Under the pieces are notes generated by a model. It was not told the origin of the DNA. It saw only the letters and a list, made by a program, of their open reading frames with translations, and did no database searches. DNA of 64,000 bases from Octopus vulgaris (taxonomy: Eukaryota). Position numbers and translations under genes: made by a program. The stretch lies in contig OX597820.1 of NCBI GenBank assembly GCA_951406725.2, positions 55,242,001 to 55,306,000 of the forward strand, in the 5' to 3' direction. Below, one piece after another: positions 36,010 to 47,912 of this stretch (position 1 is the first letter of the stretch; every line of letters begins with the position of its first letter).

Positions 36010-39000
36010 TACACAAATATTAGATGAAATAGAGAAATACAAAAAAAAAATTATTTACATTATAATAAAATATACTATAAAAAATATAAGATAACATAGC
36101 AAATTTTAAAGAACACATATAAAGCCAACAATTTATTTCAATTTAAAAACAGTAGTGAATTTATAAAAAACTCCTATCAATGTTTACGAGCCTCTTCAGG
36201 GCCTTAGTTAAAAAAACATATGAAATTCCCATATAAGGACTGCCAAATTGCAAAAATACTGATTCTAAAATACCTATGTTTAGAAGCGTTAATAATTCAA
36301 ATGCATGATAATTACAATAAAAAGTACAACAAAATTCAAATTGATAAAATAATTAATGATTCTTATAAAATAAGTTTAGATATAGATCTGTAAAAAACTA
36401 AATTAGTCTTTACTTGCTTTGCTTAAGAAATAATTAACCAAATATAATTATCATTTATAGAATTTACAGCATTAAATGTATCTGAATTGGCATATGGGGT
36501 ATACTTTTTATTCTTAAATTTAAGCCTATTTTTATACAGAATATTATAATTATTCTTATTCGTATTAATATTATTACTAGACTCAGGTGGCTGTGTGGTA
36601 AGTAGCTTGCTTACCAACCACATAGTTCCGGGTTCAGTCCCACTGCGTGGCACCTTGGGCAAGTGTCTTCTACTATAGCCTCGGGCTGACCAAAGCCTTG
36701 TGAGTGGATCTGGTAGACGGAAACTGAAAGAAGCCCGTCGTATATATGTATAAGTGTGTATGTTTGTGTGTCTGTGTTTGTCCCTTCAACATTGCTTGAC
36801 AACTGATGCTGGTGTGTTTACATCCCCGTAACTTAGTGGTTCAGCAAAAGAGACTGATAGAATAAGTATTAGGCTTACAAAGAATAAGTCCTGGGGTCGA
36901 TTTGCTCGACTAAAGGCAGTGCTCCAGCATGGTCACAGTCAAACGACTGAAACAAGTAAAAGAGTAAAGAGTATATCATTCTTATTATGAATAACATCAT
37001 AATTTTCATAATATATTTTTAACGTATTTACATTATTGGTATTGGTTTCAGAACTTGCAATTACACATTTCCTTCCTCACATACATAGGTTATACTTATA
37101 TTTAGTAATGGCTAATTTATTAGTTACCTCATCAGTCTTATTAGTATTTTTATTTTTTATTTATTTTTATGATATTTACTACTTTTGATCATATTGTACA
37201 CATCTCCACTATTAGATCTACACATTCCATTGTCAACTGATTTACCATTATTATAATAGTTATGTATTATAATCTTCCATTTTATTACAATATATAAATC
37301 TTTGCATGTATCCTGCTCTTTTAAGGGCAATGTTATGATATTCTGCATTATTGTTAAAAATTTCCTCATTAGAAGATAAATATGAAACATGCCTCAAAAT
37401 ATTAGTAACTAAAGTTCGTGTAATTGCTTTAGGATGATTACTATTAAAGTTAATATATTTCAAATTATTGTTAGGTTTATGATATGGCCTATATTAACCA
37501 GTAACAAAGTTCAGATTAACATCTAAGTCAACCTATCCCTATTCCTAAAAGCATACTCATGGTTTGCAATTTGTTTTTTAATAAAATTTTCAGTTCATCC
37601 AATGTAAAGATAATTTTTCCCTTCAGATTCAACCCTACATTTACATGCATGATTATTTTGTATACAAAATTATTGAAATAACATTTATCCTTAAATCTAC
37701 AATCACAAGTTCTAGTGACATCATTATCGGTAATAGGATTATTATTTCTATTATTATAAAAACTGTCTAATTTTTAATTATTAAATAAAGAGATAATTTT
37801 AAATATATTTGTAGATACTGAAAAATCTATTCTGATCTTTTTACTATTTATTAATGGCTAATTTATTAGTTAATTAGTATTATTATTTTTAATTTTATTT
37901 TTATTATATTTACTACTTTTGATCATATTGCATGTCTCCACTATTAGATCTACAGATTCTGTTGTCAACTAATTTACCATTAATATAATAATATTTATTA
38001 TAGTCTTCGTTTTTATTACAATATATAATCCTATGCATGTATCCTGGTTTTTAAAGGGCAACATTATAATATTCCACAGTATTGTTAAAAATGTCCACAT
38101 TAGAAGATAAATATGAAACACACCTTGAAATATTAGTAACTAAAGTTTGTGTAATTGCTTTAGGATGGTTACTATTAAAGTTAATATATTTCAAATTATT
38201 GTTAGGTTTATGATATGGGTTATATTGAATATATTTCAAATTATTTACAGAGATATTTTTTCCTCTGATAAACTGTAACTAAAGATTAAGATTTTTAACC
38301 CTAAAATTTTATGTCAGCAATAAAGGTGAAGAGGGTTAACATGGTCAGTGTTAAGTAGTGAAGATGTTTGGAGATTGTATGTGGTGGTTACTTTTGACTG
38401 TTTCTTCTCAATAAGGATAATTGATTGATAACAAATCTTAACACAATATATATACAACTTCAAGTGGAATTGGACATCATAAGAGAGACAGAGAGAGGAA
38501 AGAAGAGAAAAAGCATAGCGACGGTTTTGGCTGACTGTCATCCTATACTGCTCTTGTTAGTGAAATGGTATATCCTGGCTGTCTGAGCAACTGGTTACTT
38601 TTAATGGCGGAACAAACATGACAAAAAGATTACCAAAATAGTGATTCACACTTTGAAACTAACAATTTTGAAAATGTTTTTAGATTACAGAATGCCCTGC
38701 TCTCTCATGTATCCATGTTTAAAATTTCAATGCGGTCAGATGAACAATACTCGAGTTATAAGCGCACAGACAGACAGAATGGGATTTATATATGAAGATT
38801 ATGTATTTAAATTATTAATGCTCATGCTTCTAAACACGGGTATTTTTGAATCGATATGTTTGCAACTTTGCAATTTGGCAGTACTTCATGAAATTTCATG
38901 TTTTTTTTTTTAACCAAGGCCCCGAAGAGGCTTGTATACATAAATAGGAATATTTTATAAATTCATTACTGTACTTAAGTCGAAACAAATTGTTGGCTTT

Positions 39001-39119
39001 ATATGTTTTTTTAAAATTTGTTATGTTATACTTTATGTTATATTTTTCATAGTATACTACATTATATTGCAAATAAATTTTTAGTTTTTCAGTTGTATTT
39101 CTCTATTTCATTTAATATT

Positions 39120-39126
<7 letters not shown>
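36010..39126 (-). mobile_element. Penelope-like element remnant with inverted pseudo-LTRs and duplicated RT C-terminal fragments
   Basis: 36010-36312 and 38798-39126 are inverted copies, each with a hammerhead core; internal YHKPNNNLKYINFNSNHPKAI..LSSN (PLE RT thumb region) present twice. Confidence 0.8.
36585..36972 (+). mobile_element. SINE family A nested in the Penelope remnant
   Basis: Near-identical to 21125-21530. Confidence 0.9.
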
Positions 39127-39149
<23 letters not shown>

Positions 39150-39150
<1 letters not shown>

Positions 39151-39731
39151 CCGACGACAGACACCCATGCCAACCCCCTTTGCTTGCGTAGACATGTTGG
39201 GGCAAGCGAAAGCGAAATTGAAATCGAATTGAACCAGCCAGGATCCCTGGTCTGGTGGTACGTAAAAAGCACTATCCGACTCGTGGCAGATACCAGCGCC
39301 GCCTCCACTGGCTTCCGTGCCGGTGGCACGTAAAATACACCAATCCAACCGTACGACAGGCACCCATGCCAACCCCACTTTGCTTGTGAAGACATGTTGG
39401 GGCAAGCGAAAGCGAAATCGAATCGAATTGAACCAGCCAGGATCCCTGGTCTGGTGGTACGTAAAAAGCACTATCCGACTCGTGGCTTCCGTGCTGGTGG
39501 CACATAAAATACACCAATCCGACCGTGGCCGTTGCCAGCCTCGCCTGGCACCTGTGCAGGTGGCACGTAAAAAGCACCCACTACACTCACGGAGTGGTTG
39601 GCGTTAGGAAGGGCATCCAGCTGTAGAAACATTGCCAGATAAGACTGGAGCCTGGTGCAGCTTTCTGGCTTCCCAGATCGAACCGTTCAACCCATGCTAG
39701 CATGGAGAACTGATGTTAAACAATGATGATG
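39150..39731 (+). mobile_element. RTE 3' end with duplicated internal block and (GAT)n tail
   Basis: Block 'cacccatgccaacccc..tttgcttg...agcactatccgactcgtggc' occurs twice, followed by the canonical tail. Confidence 0.85.
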
Positions 39732-40695
39732 ATATGTATGTATGTATGTATACATGATGGATTTTTTCAGTTTCCATACCAAATCTACACACAAAGCTTT
39801 GGTCAGCTCAGAGTAAAAGACAGTTGCCCAAGGTACCACTCATTAGGTCTAAATCCAAAAACCATGTGGTTGGGAAGTAAACTTCTTAACCACGCAGCCA
39901 TGTCTACATCTAGCTACATTGCCTTACGTATATTATTTTGGGACCCAACTTTGCTACCTATGCCAGTATCTGTTGCCTGGTGACCATGTTACTAATGATA
40001 TAATAGAGTACCTGTCATCCTATCAAGTAAAAATTCCATATGAATTGTTGTCACCTTTTTCACTGTACTTATTATCTCCACAGTATAATTTATCAGCTAC
40101 TTAATGCCTAGGATAGGCTTTTGTACATTAAATTATCATTTACATTAAAATCTTAACAGTTAGTTCACACTGTCAATTCTAACATAACACATTTCTGCAG
40201 TGATGATATCATGCTTAATTTGTCCTTTGCCCTTTGCACACTGGTGTCATCCTTGTGTAATCTAGATACCCCATACATGATACACACTGATTATACTAAC
40301 ATGTACCTCATTCACCAATGGAGACATGATAACCTAGTCTTCTTCAATAGCAAATAAACATAATCATCACACATATTTAGTAAACAACTTAGCTGCTGAG
40401 GAAATAGCAACCAGAAATAACTGCCAAATTTCCCTCGAATGACATCCCTACTACTTTGGAAAGGGAGGTATGCAATCAATAATGTAGTTGTAGATATACA
40501 ATGCTCAAAAGAAGGACAGAATGGTCATGGTTGGAATGCTTTTGATTATTGGTCTGTGCATTTAGGGCTAACCTGGGGACAGACAACAACAATAGTTCTC
40601 TATATTCTTTTTGCAAATAAAGCACTGAAGATCATACGGATGCCAAGCCTCTCAATGATTGATGATCTCTCACAGTGACCACTCATTCCCTAAAC

Positions 40696-40995
40696 CAGAG
40701 GTTCCCAAAGTGGGTGGTACTGCCCCCTTGACAGCAGTGGAAAGATTCAGCAGGGTGTTGAAGAAAAGTTGGGTGATAATGGGGTGATGTAAAAATCTCA
40801 AAATAATGGGTTAAGTTTTTTTTTGTGAAATATTGTTCTTCTGCATTTGCTGCAGAAAATGGTCTGTGTTTGTGGTGATAGTGGTGTTGGTCGTGGTGGT
40901 GGCAGCGGCGGTAGTGGTGGTGGTGGTGGGAGAGTGCTAGGAATGTGGCCTAGGTGCCAAGGGGGCTGCAGCCCAAAAATGTTTAGGAACCACTG
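40696..40995. mobile_element. hAT (Charlie-like) MITE, 300 bp
   Basis: CAGAGGTTCCCAAA...TTTAGGAACCACTG termini with perfect 8-bp TSD CCCTAAAC. Confidence 0.9.
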
Positions 40996-43568
40996 CCCTA
41001 AACAATGGTATATGGTTAGACATACACTTCAGCAGCCAAAAATACTTCAGTCCTCATCAACTGTTGACCTTTAGAAACATCATATTACACCCAGATTACA
41101 GGATTACGTACAAATAATGGGATAGTTGTTACAAATATGGGATGATTGTTACTTATGGTCACTCTACAACACATGAGAAACAGGCCCCCTAACTGGTTAG
41201 CAAATGTTTATTCACCATTACACTGCAACCATTGGCTTACCAATACACGATGGTCACTATGATACCAACACACTACAACCATTGTGATACCAACATAATA
41301 TGACCACCGGCTCACTTACAACTCAGAATGTAAAGACAGACAAAATACCATTAAGCATTTCACCCAGCGTGCTAGATTCTAGTAGTTATTGAAATCTGTT
41401 GACTGAGGCAATGAAGTTTTCCTGGTGATGGTGGAAGAGAAGAAGAGTGAAGTGTGTAATGGCAGTAGAATTGCTTACAGATAGATCAACTACCATCTCT
41501 TTTTATACAGGTACAGTATGCAGGTCAAAGGGCAAGTGATGACAATGTAATATATGATGGAGAGTTAATAGGAATGTAATGAACAAAAGACTCAATATAA
41601 ATATAACTGGTTCTCTGCCTGTTACAATGAAGAGGGTTCCAGTTGAGCTGATCAATGAAAAAGCTGGCTCATGAAATTAACATGCATGTGGCTGAGCACT
41701 CCACAGACACGTGTACCATTAGTGTAGTTCTCAGGGAGATTCAGCATGACACAGAGCGTGATAAAGCTAGCCCTTTGAAATACAGGTACAACTCATTTTT
41801 GGCAGCTGAGTGGACTAAAGCAATGTGAAATAAAGTGTCTTGGTCAAGAACACAATGTGTTGCCAGGAATTGAACTCACGTCCTTACAATTATGAGGTGA
41901 ATGCCCTAATCACTTAACCACGTACCTTCACAATGTAAATATATCATATATCATAACTTCTATCACCACACTGAATATTTTAGCAATCATTTTTGTTATG
42001 TTTACATTGGTGCAATGGTCTTCTTCAGAACAATGTGTCACCAATTTCTACTGTCTCCTTCATTAGGTTCTATTTCTTGAGACCTTCTTTCACCGTTTCA
42101 TCCTTTGTCTTCTTTGGTTTCCATTTTCTACAGGTTCCATTGACTTCAAGTAGATGGCATTTCTTTATACAGTTAACATTCTCTATATGTGTCACCTATA
42201 CCAATGCAGTCTTCTGTCTTACACACTAGTTATCTGATTCTTCTTATATATAGTTTTTCTCTTGGTTCATTTGTGCTCCTTCATTAATTCTAACATTACA
42301 CATACAGCAGAGCATGCTCATTCTATTTCTTTGTAGCAGTCACAAATCTTCTGCATTCAAGGTCCATGTCCCACAATGGTGCAGCACCATTCTTTGTACA
42401 CAAACATCATACAACCTATCCTCCACTCTGAGAGCAGAACCCCTTTGTTGCCAACAGAGATAATAATTCCCTAAATATTTTTCTCCAGTCTTACTCTTAC
42501 ACACACTCACGCTTGCACACACACACGTAATTGTGTGTGTGTGTTTGTGTAATTGTGCTGTGTTTATATTCACCACCAATGAGCTTACAGAGTACACTGA
42601 TGTATTGTGTCCCTTTATTTTTAATACCAGTAGCCTATCCATTTGATAAAATTACTACCAGCCTGAAATATGTTCAGAGATCAGTATAATTGACTATCAA
42701 ATCCCTTGTGTGAAAGATAAACTGTGCAACAAGCAAACGTTGAAGGGGAAATAGTGATGAACAAAGCTATTTGAGAATAATCAAAGCAAAATAAAATTCT
42801 CTATTTGTCAGCATATATGATTATCTTGTTACCAAATGTATCAAAAAATTGCCTTGTGTTGAATCCGGCAATGTAAAAGATGGGGGAGCTAGGGCTGTAT
42901 GCTAGGGAGCCAGATGAGCATATAATCATAAGGCACAATAGTTGTTATATATCATAAGAGATTGAAAATATCTCAAACTATTAGTAAAAAGTTATGAAAA
43001 ATTGCTTAAGTGAGGGGTGGGGGTCAAATTGTATCAGTGTGCTATTTCCCAAGCATACATAACCCACATCTTAAATGTATTACATTATTTAATGGCTGTG
43101 TTACCTTTAGGAATTTTTTTTTTAATTGTCCTAATGAAAAATTTTCCTGAAAAGACGAAAAGAAATTTAAGCTCTCATCTGTCTGCAAGCTACTTGCAAT
43201 GAGCAGATGACAACAAAATCATAGTATGGGGAACCACCTGAGGTGGAGGATCGATCATAGTTACAAAGACATCAAAGCCAAATACATAAGTTTCACATTG
43301 TGTGTAACAATTCTTTTGACCAAAATATAAACAACTATATAATGATAAAGTTGAAAATACAGTACTCATATAACTTCATTTACGGTAAATTTATGATTTC
43401 ATACTTTATTCCAATTTACTACCACAGCATTTACATGTACAGAAACATACATTTTATAACTAAAAAATCAGTCAAAAATATTTTTCAGTCAGTGTATGAT
43501 GAAACATTAAATTTGTTTTTCTGCAAAATATTCTTATAAAATGGAAGAGCACTTCATGCAAGAACATG

Positions 43569-44206
43569 TGGATCTTTACATTTTGACCTACAGATTTAAA
43601 AAATAATCTTTTGTAACTAAACACTTTCAAACTTTGTATACTGGTAGAATGTGTTATATAAAACACCTTTTACTCTTAGCGTTTTTGAGAAAAGTTCATG
43701 TTTATAAAGTTATTTCATGTTGAAGTTCTCGTATTTCAGTAATTTCAACCAATCAATGACATGTATTCAGCTGAATAAAATTACTGCTGTTGTTTGTCAA
43801 CAAGAACTTCAGGCGGTGTATATTTCATTTGTCACTGTTATTTATTATAACCCTAACCCTAAAACCCTAACCCTAACCCTAACCCTAAATCCTTAAAGCT
43901 AAAACCAGTACAAACACATGAACGATGTCATAAATAACAGTGACAAACAAAAAATACACTGTCGATAGTTGTTGTTGACAAACAACAGCAGTAATTTTAT
44001 TCAACTGAATACACGTCATTGATTGGTTGAAATTACCGAAATACAAGAACTTCAACACGAAATAACTTTATAAACATAAACTTCTCTCAAAAAAACTAAA
44101 AGTAAAAGGTGTTTTATATGACTCATTCTACCAGTATACGAAGTTTGAAAGTATTTAGTTACAAAAAATTATTTTTTAAATCTGTTGGTGAAAAGGTAAA
44201 GATCCG
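43569..44206. mobile_element. Foldback/MITE element with about 275-bp inverted arms and a (TAACCC)n loop
   Basis: 43570-43844 is the reverse complement of 43931-44205; telomeric hexamers 43848-43890; possible 6-bp TSD aacatg/aagatg. Confidence 0.85.
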
Positions 44207-44280
44207 AAGATGTCTTAAATGCTAGCAAATACTGTATATGAAGAAACTTAATATCAGTTAGTTCTGTTCTTATATTTCAG

Positions 44281-44450
44281 GTTCTACTGGTTCATCAATG
44301 TTGGTGCATTAATTGCATACTCATGTGTGGCCTTAGTACAGCAGAATATTTCGTTTGAAATTGGTTATTTAATTCCATTTCTCAGTATGTTGTTTGCAAT
44401 GGTTGCACTGGTCTCTGGACGTAACATTTATAAGCACTCTTACCCAGCAG
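44281..44450 (+). CDS. SLC15A4: SLC15A4-like exon
   Basis: tttcag|G TTC...GCA G|gtaagt; 170 bp; FYWFINVGALIAYSCVALVQQNISFEIGYLIP..., the PTR2 FYxxINxG signature. Confidence 0.95.
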
Positions 44451-45019
44451 GTAAGTTCTACAAATACTACTTGCTGGGAGTAATTAGGCTGATATCCTTA
44501 CTATGGCTAATGCTTTTAATTTTAAGCTAATCATAATATTTATCCTCCTCTACACTACCTGCTTACTTGTTCCTCTAATACTATGCTAACATACTTCCTA
44601 TTCTCCTCTACTTCTTCCATAAAAACACATGATGGTTAGAATGTTGGACTCATCATCATTAGATCACAGGTTCTATTCTTGAAAGAGGTAGCACATTGTG
44701 TCTTTCAGCAAGGCATTCCATTTCACATTGCTCCAGTTACACCCAACTGAAAATGAGTACCAGTGGTACTTGGAGGTTAACTCTATAACAGATTAGCATC
44801 CCATCAAAGATGTAATGTATTCTCAGACTAAATACCTTGAAAATTCAGATAATTTCCAGCATCATGAGTCTGGAAGCAGACTTTGCTTCCGTTTCCACCT
44901 TCTCTTCCCTTATTTGTTTCTTCCTCTGACTCCTGCTCCTAATCCATTTCTTCACCTTCCCCTTCAGTTAAAGATTATAACTTCTATAACTCTACTGTCG
45001 ATACAAGAAGCTACTACTT

Positions 45020-45226
45020 CTACTACACCACGATGACAACGTCAACCACAATGACAATGTCAACCACAATGACAACGACAATGATGACAATGATAATGAC
45101 AGTTATAAGAATGGTGATCACCACCATTGCTGCTGCCACCACTGCCACCATGGCTGACACCATCACAATCACTACCACCACCACCACCACCATCACCACC
45201 ACTGCTACTGCTACTACTACTACTAG
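45020..45226. repeat. Degenerate trinucleotide (ACA/CAC/TAC) tract
   Basis: Direct reading. Confidence 0.8.
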
Positions 45227-45227
45227 T

Positions 45228-46055
45228 ATCTGAACTGTTTCCATAGCTAAAGCATGCAGATTAAAGCTGCTTTGTACAGTTTGACCTTGAACTCTGCTAT
45301 GTATGTACACTAAGTTTTAACATCCTAGCTCACTTCCACTGTTTATAGAAGTGCTTGGAAGGAAGGTCTGTAGCGTGTGATTGTCACAATGACCACGACA
45401 GAAAGTTGAGCAGAGAATCTGCATCAAATTTTACCAAAAGCTTGGTGATACTTGCTCAGAGGCCTATGCAAAGTTTTCATTGTTCTCAACACAACCAAGG
45501 AGATCTTGTGCAACTGAAACCCAAGTGTCCTTTTGGTCAGCTGAAAGTAGTTTTGGCATAAACTGTGTCTCATACCCAAATCTTCAGTTGATAATAGACT
45601 GAACTGAACTGTAACTAACCTGCACATCCTCTGATGGTGAGTCGACGATTTCCCTCACAGCTCACACACATCTGCGATGTTTTTCTCAGTTCTGCTGGTT
45701 GTGGGTCTCCCAGAAGGTTTGTCAATATCATCGTTTTTCAGCCATCTTGGAAACATCTGAACCACTCGTACACTTGTGTGTGGCTCATACACTCCTCTCC
45801 ATACACTTTCTGCAACTTTGTGTAGGCTTCTGAGCAGGTATCACCATGATAACTTCTTCTGTCATGGTCAATGCAACAATCACACACTACATACTTTCCT
45901 TCCAAGCACTGGTGGCAGTGATCAGGGAGAGTGAACTAGAATGTTAAAACTTAGTGCACATGCACAGCAGAGCTCAAGGTCAATCTTTGCAAAGAGCTTC
46001 ACTCTGAGCACTTTAGCTTTGTTACTATGGTAACAGTCTGGATATTTTTTGTGTA
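45228..46055 (-). mobile_element. mariner-type deletion derivative; sister copy 56095-56877 and fragment 57210-57335
   Basis: Shared blocks 'cttcagttgataatagactgaactgaactgtaactaacctgcacatcctctgatggtgagtcgacg'; minus reading GRPTTSRTEKNI resembles the mariner N-terminal HTH linker. Confidence 0.75.
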
Positions 46056-46060
46056 TATAT

Positions 46061-47862
46061 ATCATCAACATCATCATCGTTTAACGTCTGCTTTCCATGC
46101 TGGCATGGGCTGGACAGTTTGACTGGGGACTCATGAGCCAGGAGGCTGCACCAGGCGCCAGTCTAATCTGGCAGAGTTTCTACAGCTGGATGCCCTTCCT
46201 AATGCCAACCACTCCGAGAATTTAGTGGGTGCTTTTACCGGTCACCAGCACAAGGGCCAGTCAAGCAGTACTGGCAATGGCCATGCTCAAATGGTGTTTT
46301 TACATGTCACCTGCAGAGAAGCCAGTCCAGTGGCACTGGCAATGCCCTTGCTCAAATATTGTTTTTCACATACCATCAGCACAAGTGCCAGTAAGGCGAC
46401 GCTGGTAATGATCATGCTTGAATGGTGCTTTTTACATGCCACCAGCACGGGGACCAGTTAGCAGCCCTGGCAATGATCATGCTCAGATGGTGCTCTTAGC
46501 GCTCCACTAGCACAGATTCCAGTCATGCAGTGCTGTCATCGAATTTGATTTTGATTTTACTTGTCTCAACAGGTCTTCGCAAGCAGAGTTGAAAGAAAGG
46601 TATGCCAAAGTGGACTGGTTACACCCCTGGCATAGGACATGGGTTATGGTCTCACTTGGCTTGCCAGATCTTCTCAAGCACAGAATATTTCCAAAGGTCT
46701 CAGTCACTAGTCATTGCCTCAGTGAGGCCTAATGTTCGAAGGTCGTGCTTCACCATCTAATCCCAAGTCTTCCTGGGTCTACCTCTTCCACAGTTTCCCT
46801 CAACCGTTAGAGTGTGGCACCTTTTCACACAGCTATCCTCATCCATTCGCACCAGATGACCATACCAGCGCAGTCGCACTCTTGCACACCACATCTGATG
46901 CTTATTAGGTCCAACTTTTCTCTCAAAGCACTTAGACTCTGTTGAGTATGCACACTGACATTACACATCCATTGGATCATACTGGCTTCATTCCTTGCAA
47001 GCTTACGCATGTCCTCAGCAGTCACAGCCCATGTTTTACTGCCATGTAGCATGGCTGTTCGTACACATGCATCATACAGACTACCTTTTACTCTGAGCGA
47101 GAGGCCCTTTGTCACCAGCAGAGGTAAGAGCTCTCTGAACTTTGCCCAGGCTATTCTTATTCTAGCAGCTACACTTTCAGAGCACACACCCCTGCTACTG
47201 ACTTGGTCACCTAGGTAATGGAAGCTATCAACTACTTCTAGTTTTTCTCCTTGGAATGTGGCAGAAGTTGTTCTCTGCACATTTTCAGTGTTTATTGCTC
47301 AAGAGCATCTGCCACATATAAAAACTATCTTCCCAATTAACCTCCCACTAACATTGCTCTTACGTGTCCATAGCCTACACTAGGTACATCTTTTCTATCT
47401 ATGCTAGTTTCTATCTATGCCTTTTCTACAAATCTGCCTTCCTACTTATTAGGACTTTGGTTTTAGCTAGGTTGACTCTAAGGCCCTTTGATTCTAATCC
47501 TTGCTTCCACACCTGAAACTTCTCCTCTAGTTCTGATAGTGACTCAGCAGGGTCATCAGCATAGAGGAGCTCCCAGGGGCATCCTGTCTTGAATTCCTCT
47601 GTTATTGCCTGGAGGACTATGATAAATAGTAGGGGGCTGAGGACTGAACCTTGGTGGACCCTTATCTCTACCCGAAATTCTTCACTGTACTCATTGCCAA
47701 CCCTCACCTTACTGACAGCATCTCTGTACATGGCTCACACAGCTCTCACTAACCATTCATCTAGTCCTAGTCTCCTCATTAACCACCAGATAAGGGATCG
47801 GGGGACCCTGTCAAAGGCTTTCTCCATGTCAATGAAAGCCAGGTACAGAGGTTTATCTTTGG

Positions 47863-47863
<1 letters not shown>
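46061..47863 (-). mobile_element. RTE-clade LINE, 5'-truncated (longest copy)
   Basis: FIDMEKAFDRVP...VHQGSVLSPLLF...LLYADD; C-terminus, repeat-rich UTR and tail. Confidence 0.92.

Positions 47864-47904
<41 letters not shown>

Positions 47905-47912
<8 letters not shown>

Noticed and set aside
43848-43906. Telomere or chromosome-fusion scar
   Set aside because: Short, single orientation and enclosed by the arms of a foldback element inside an intact gene.
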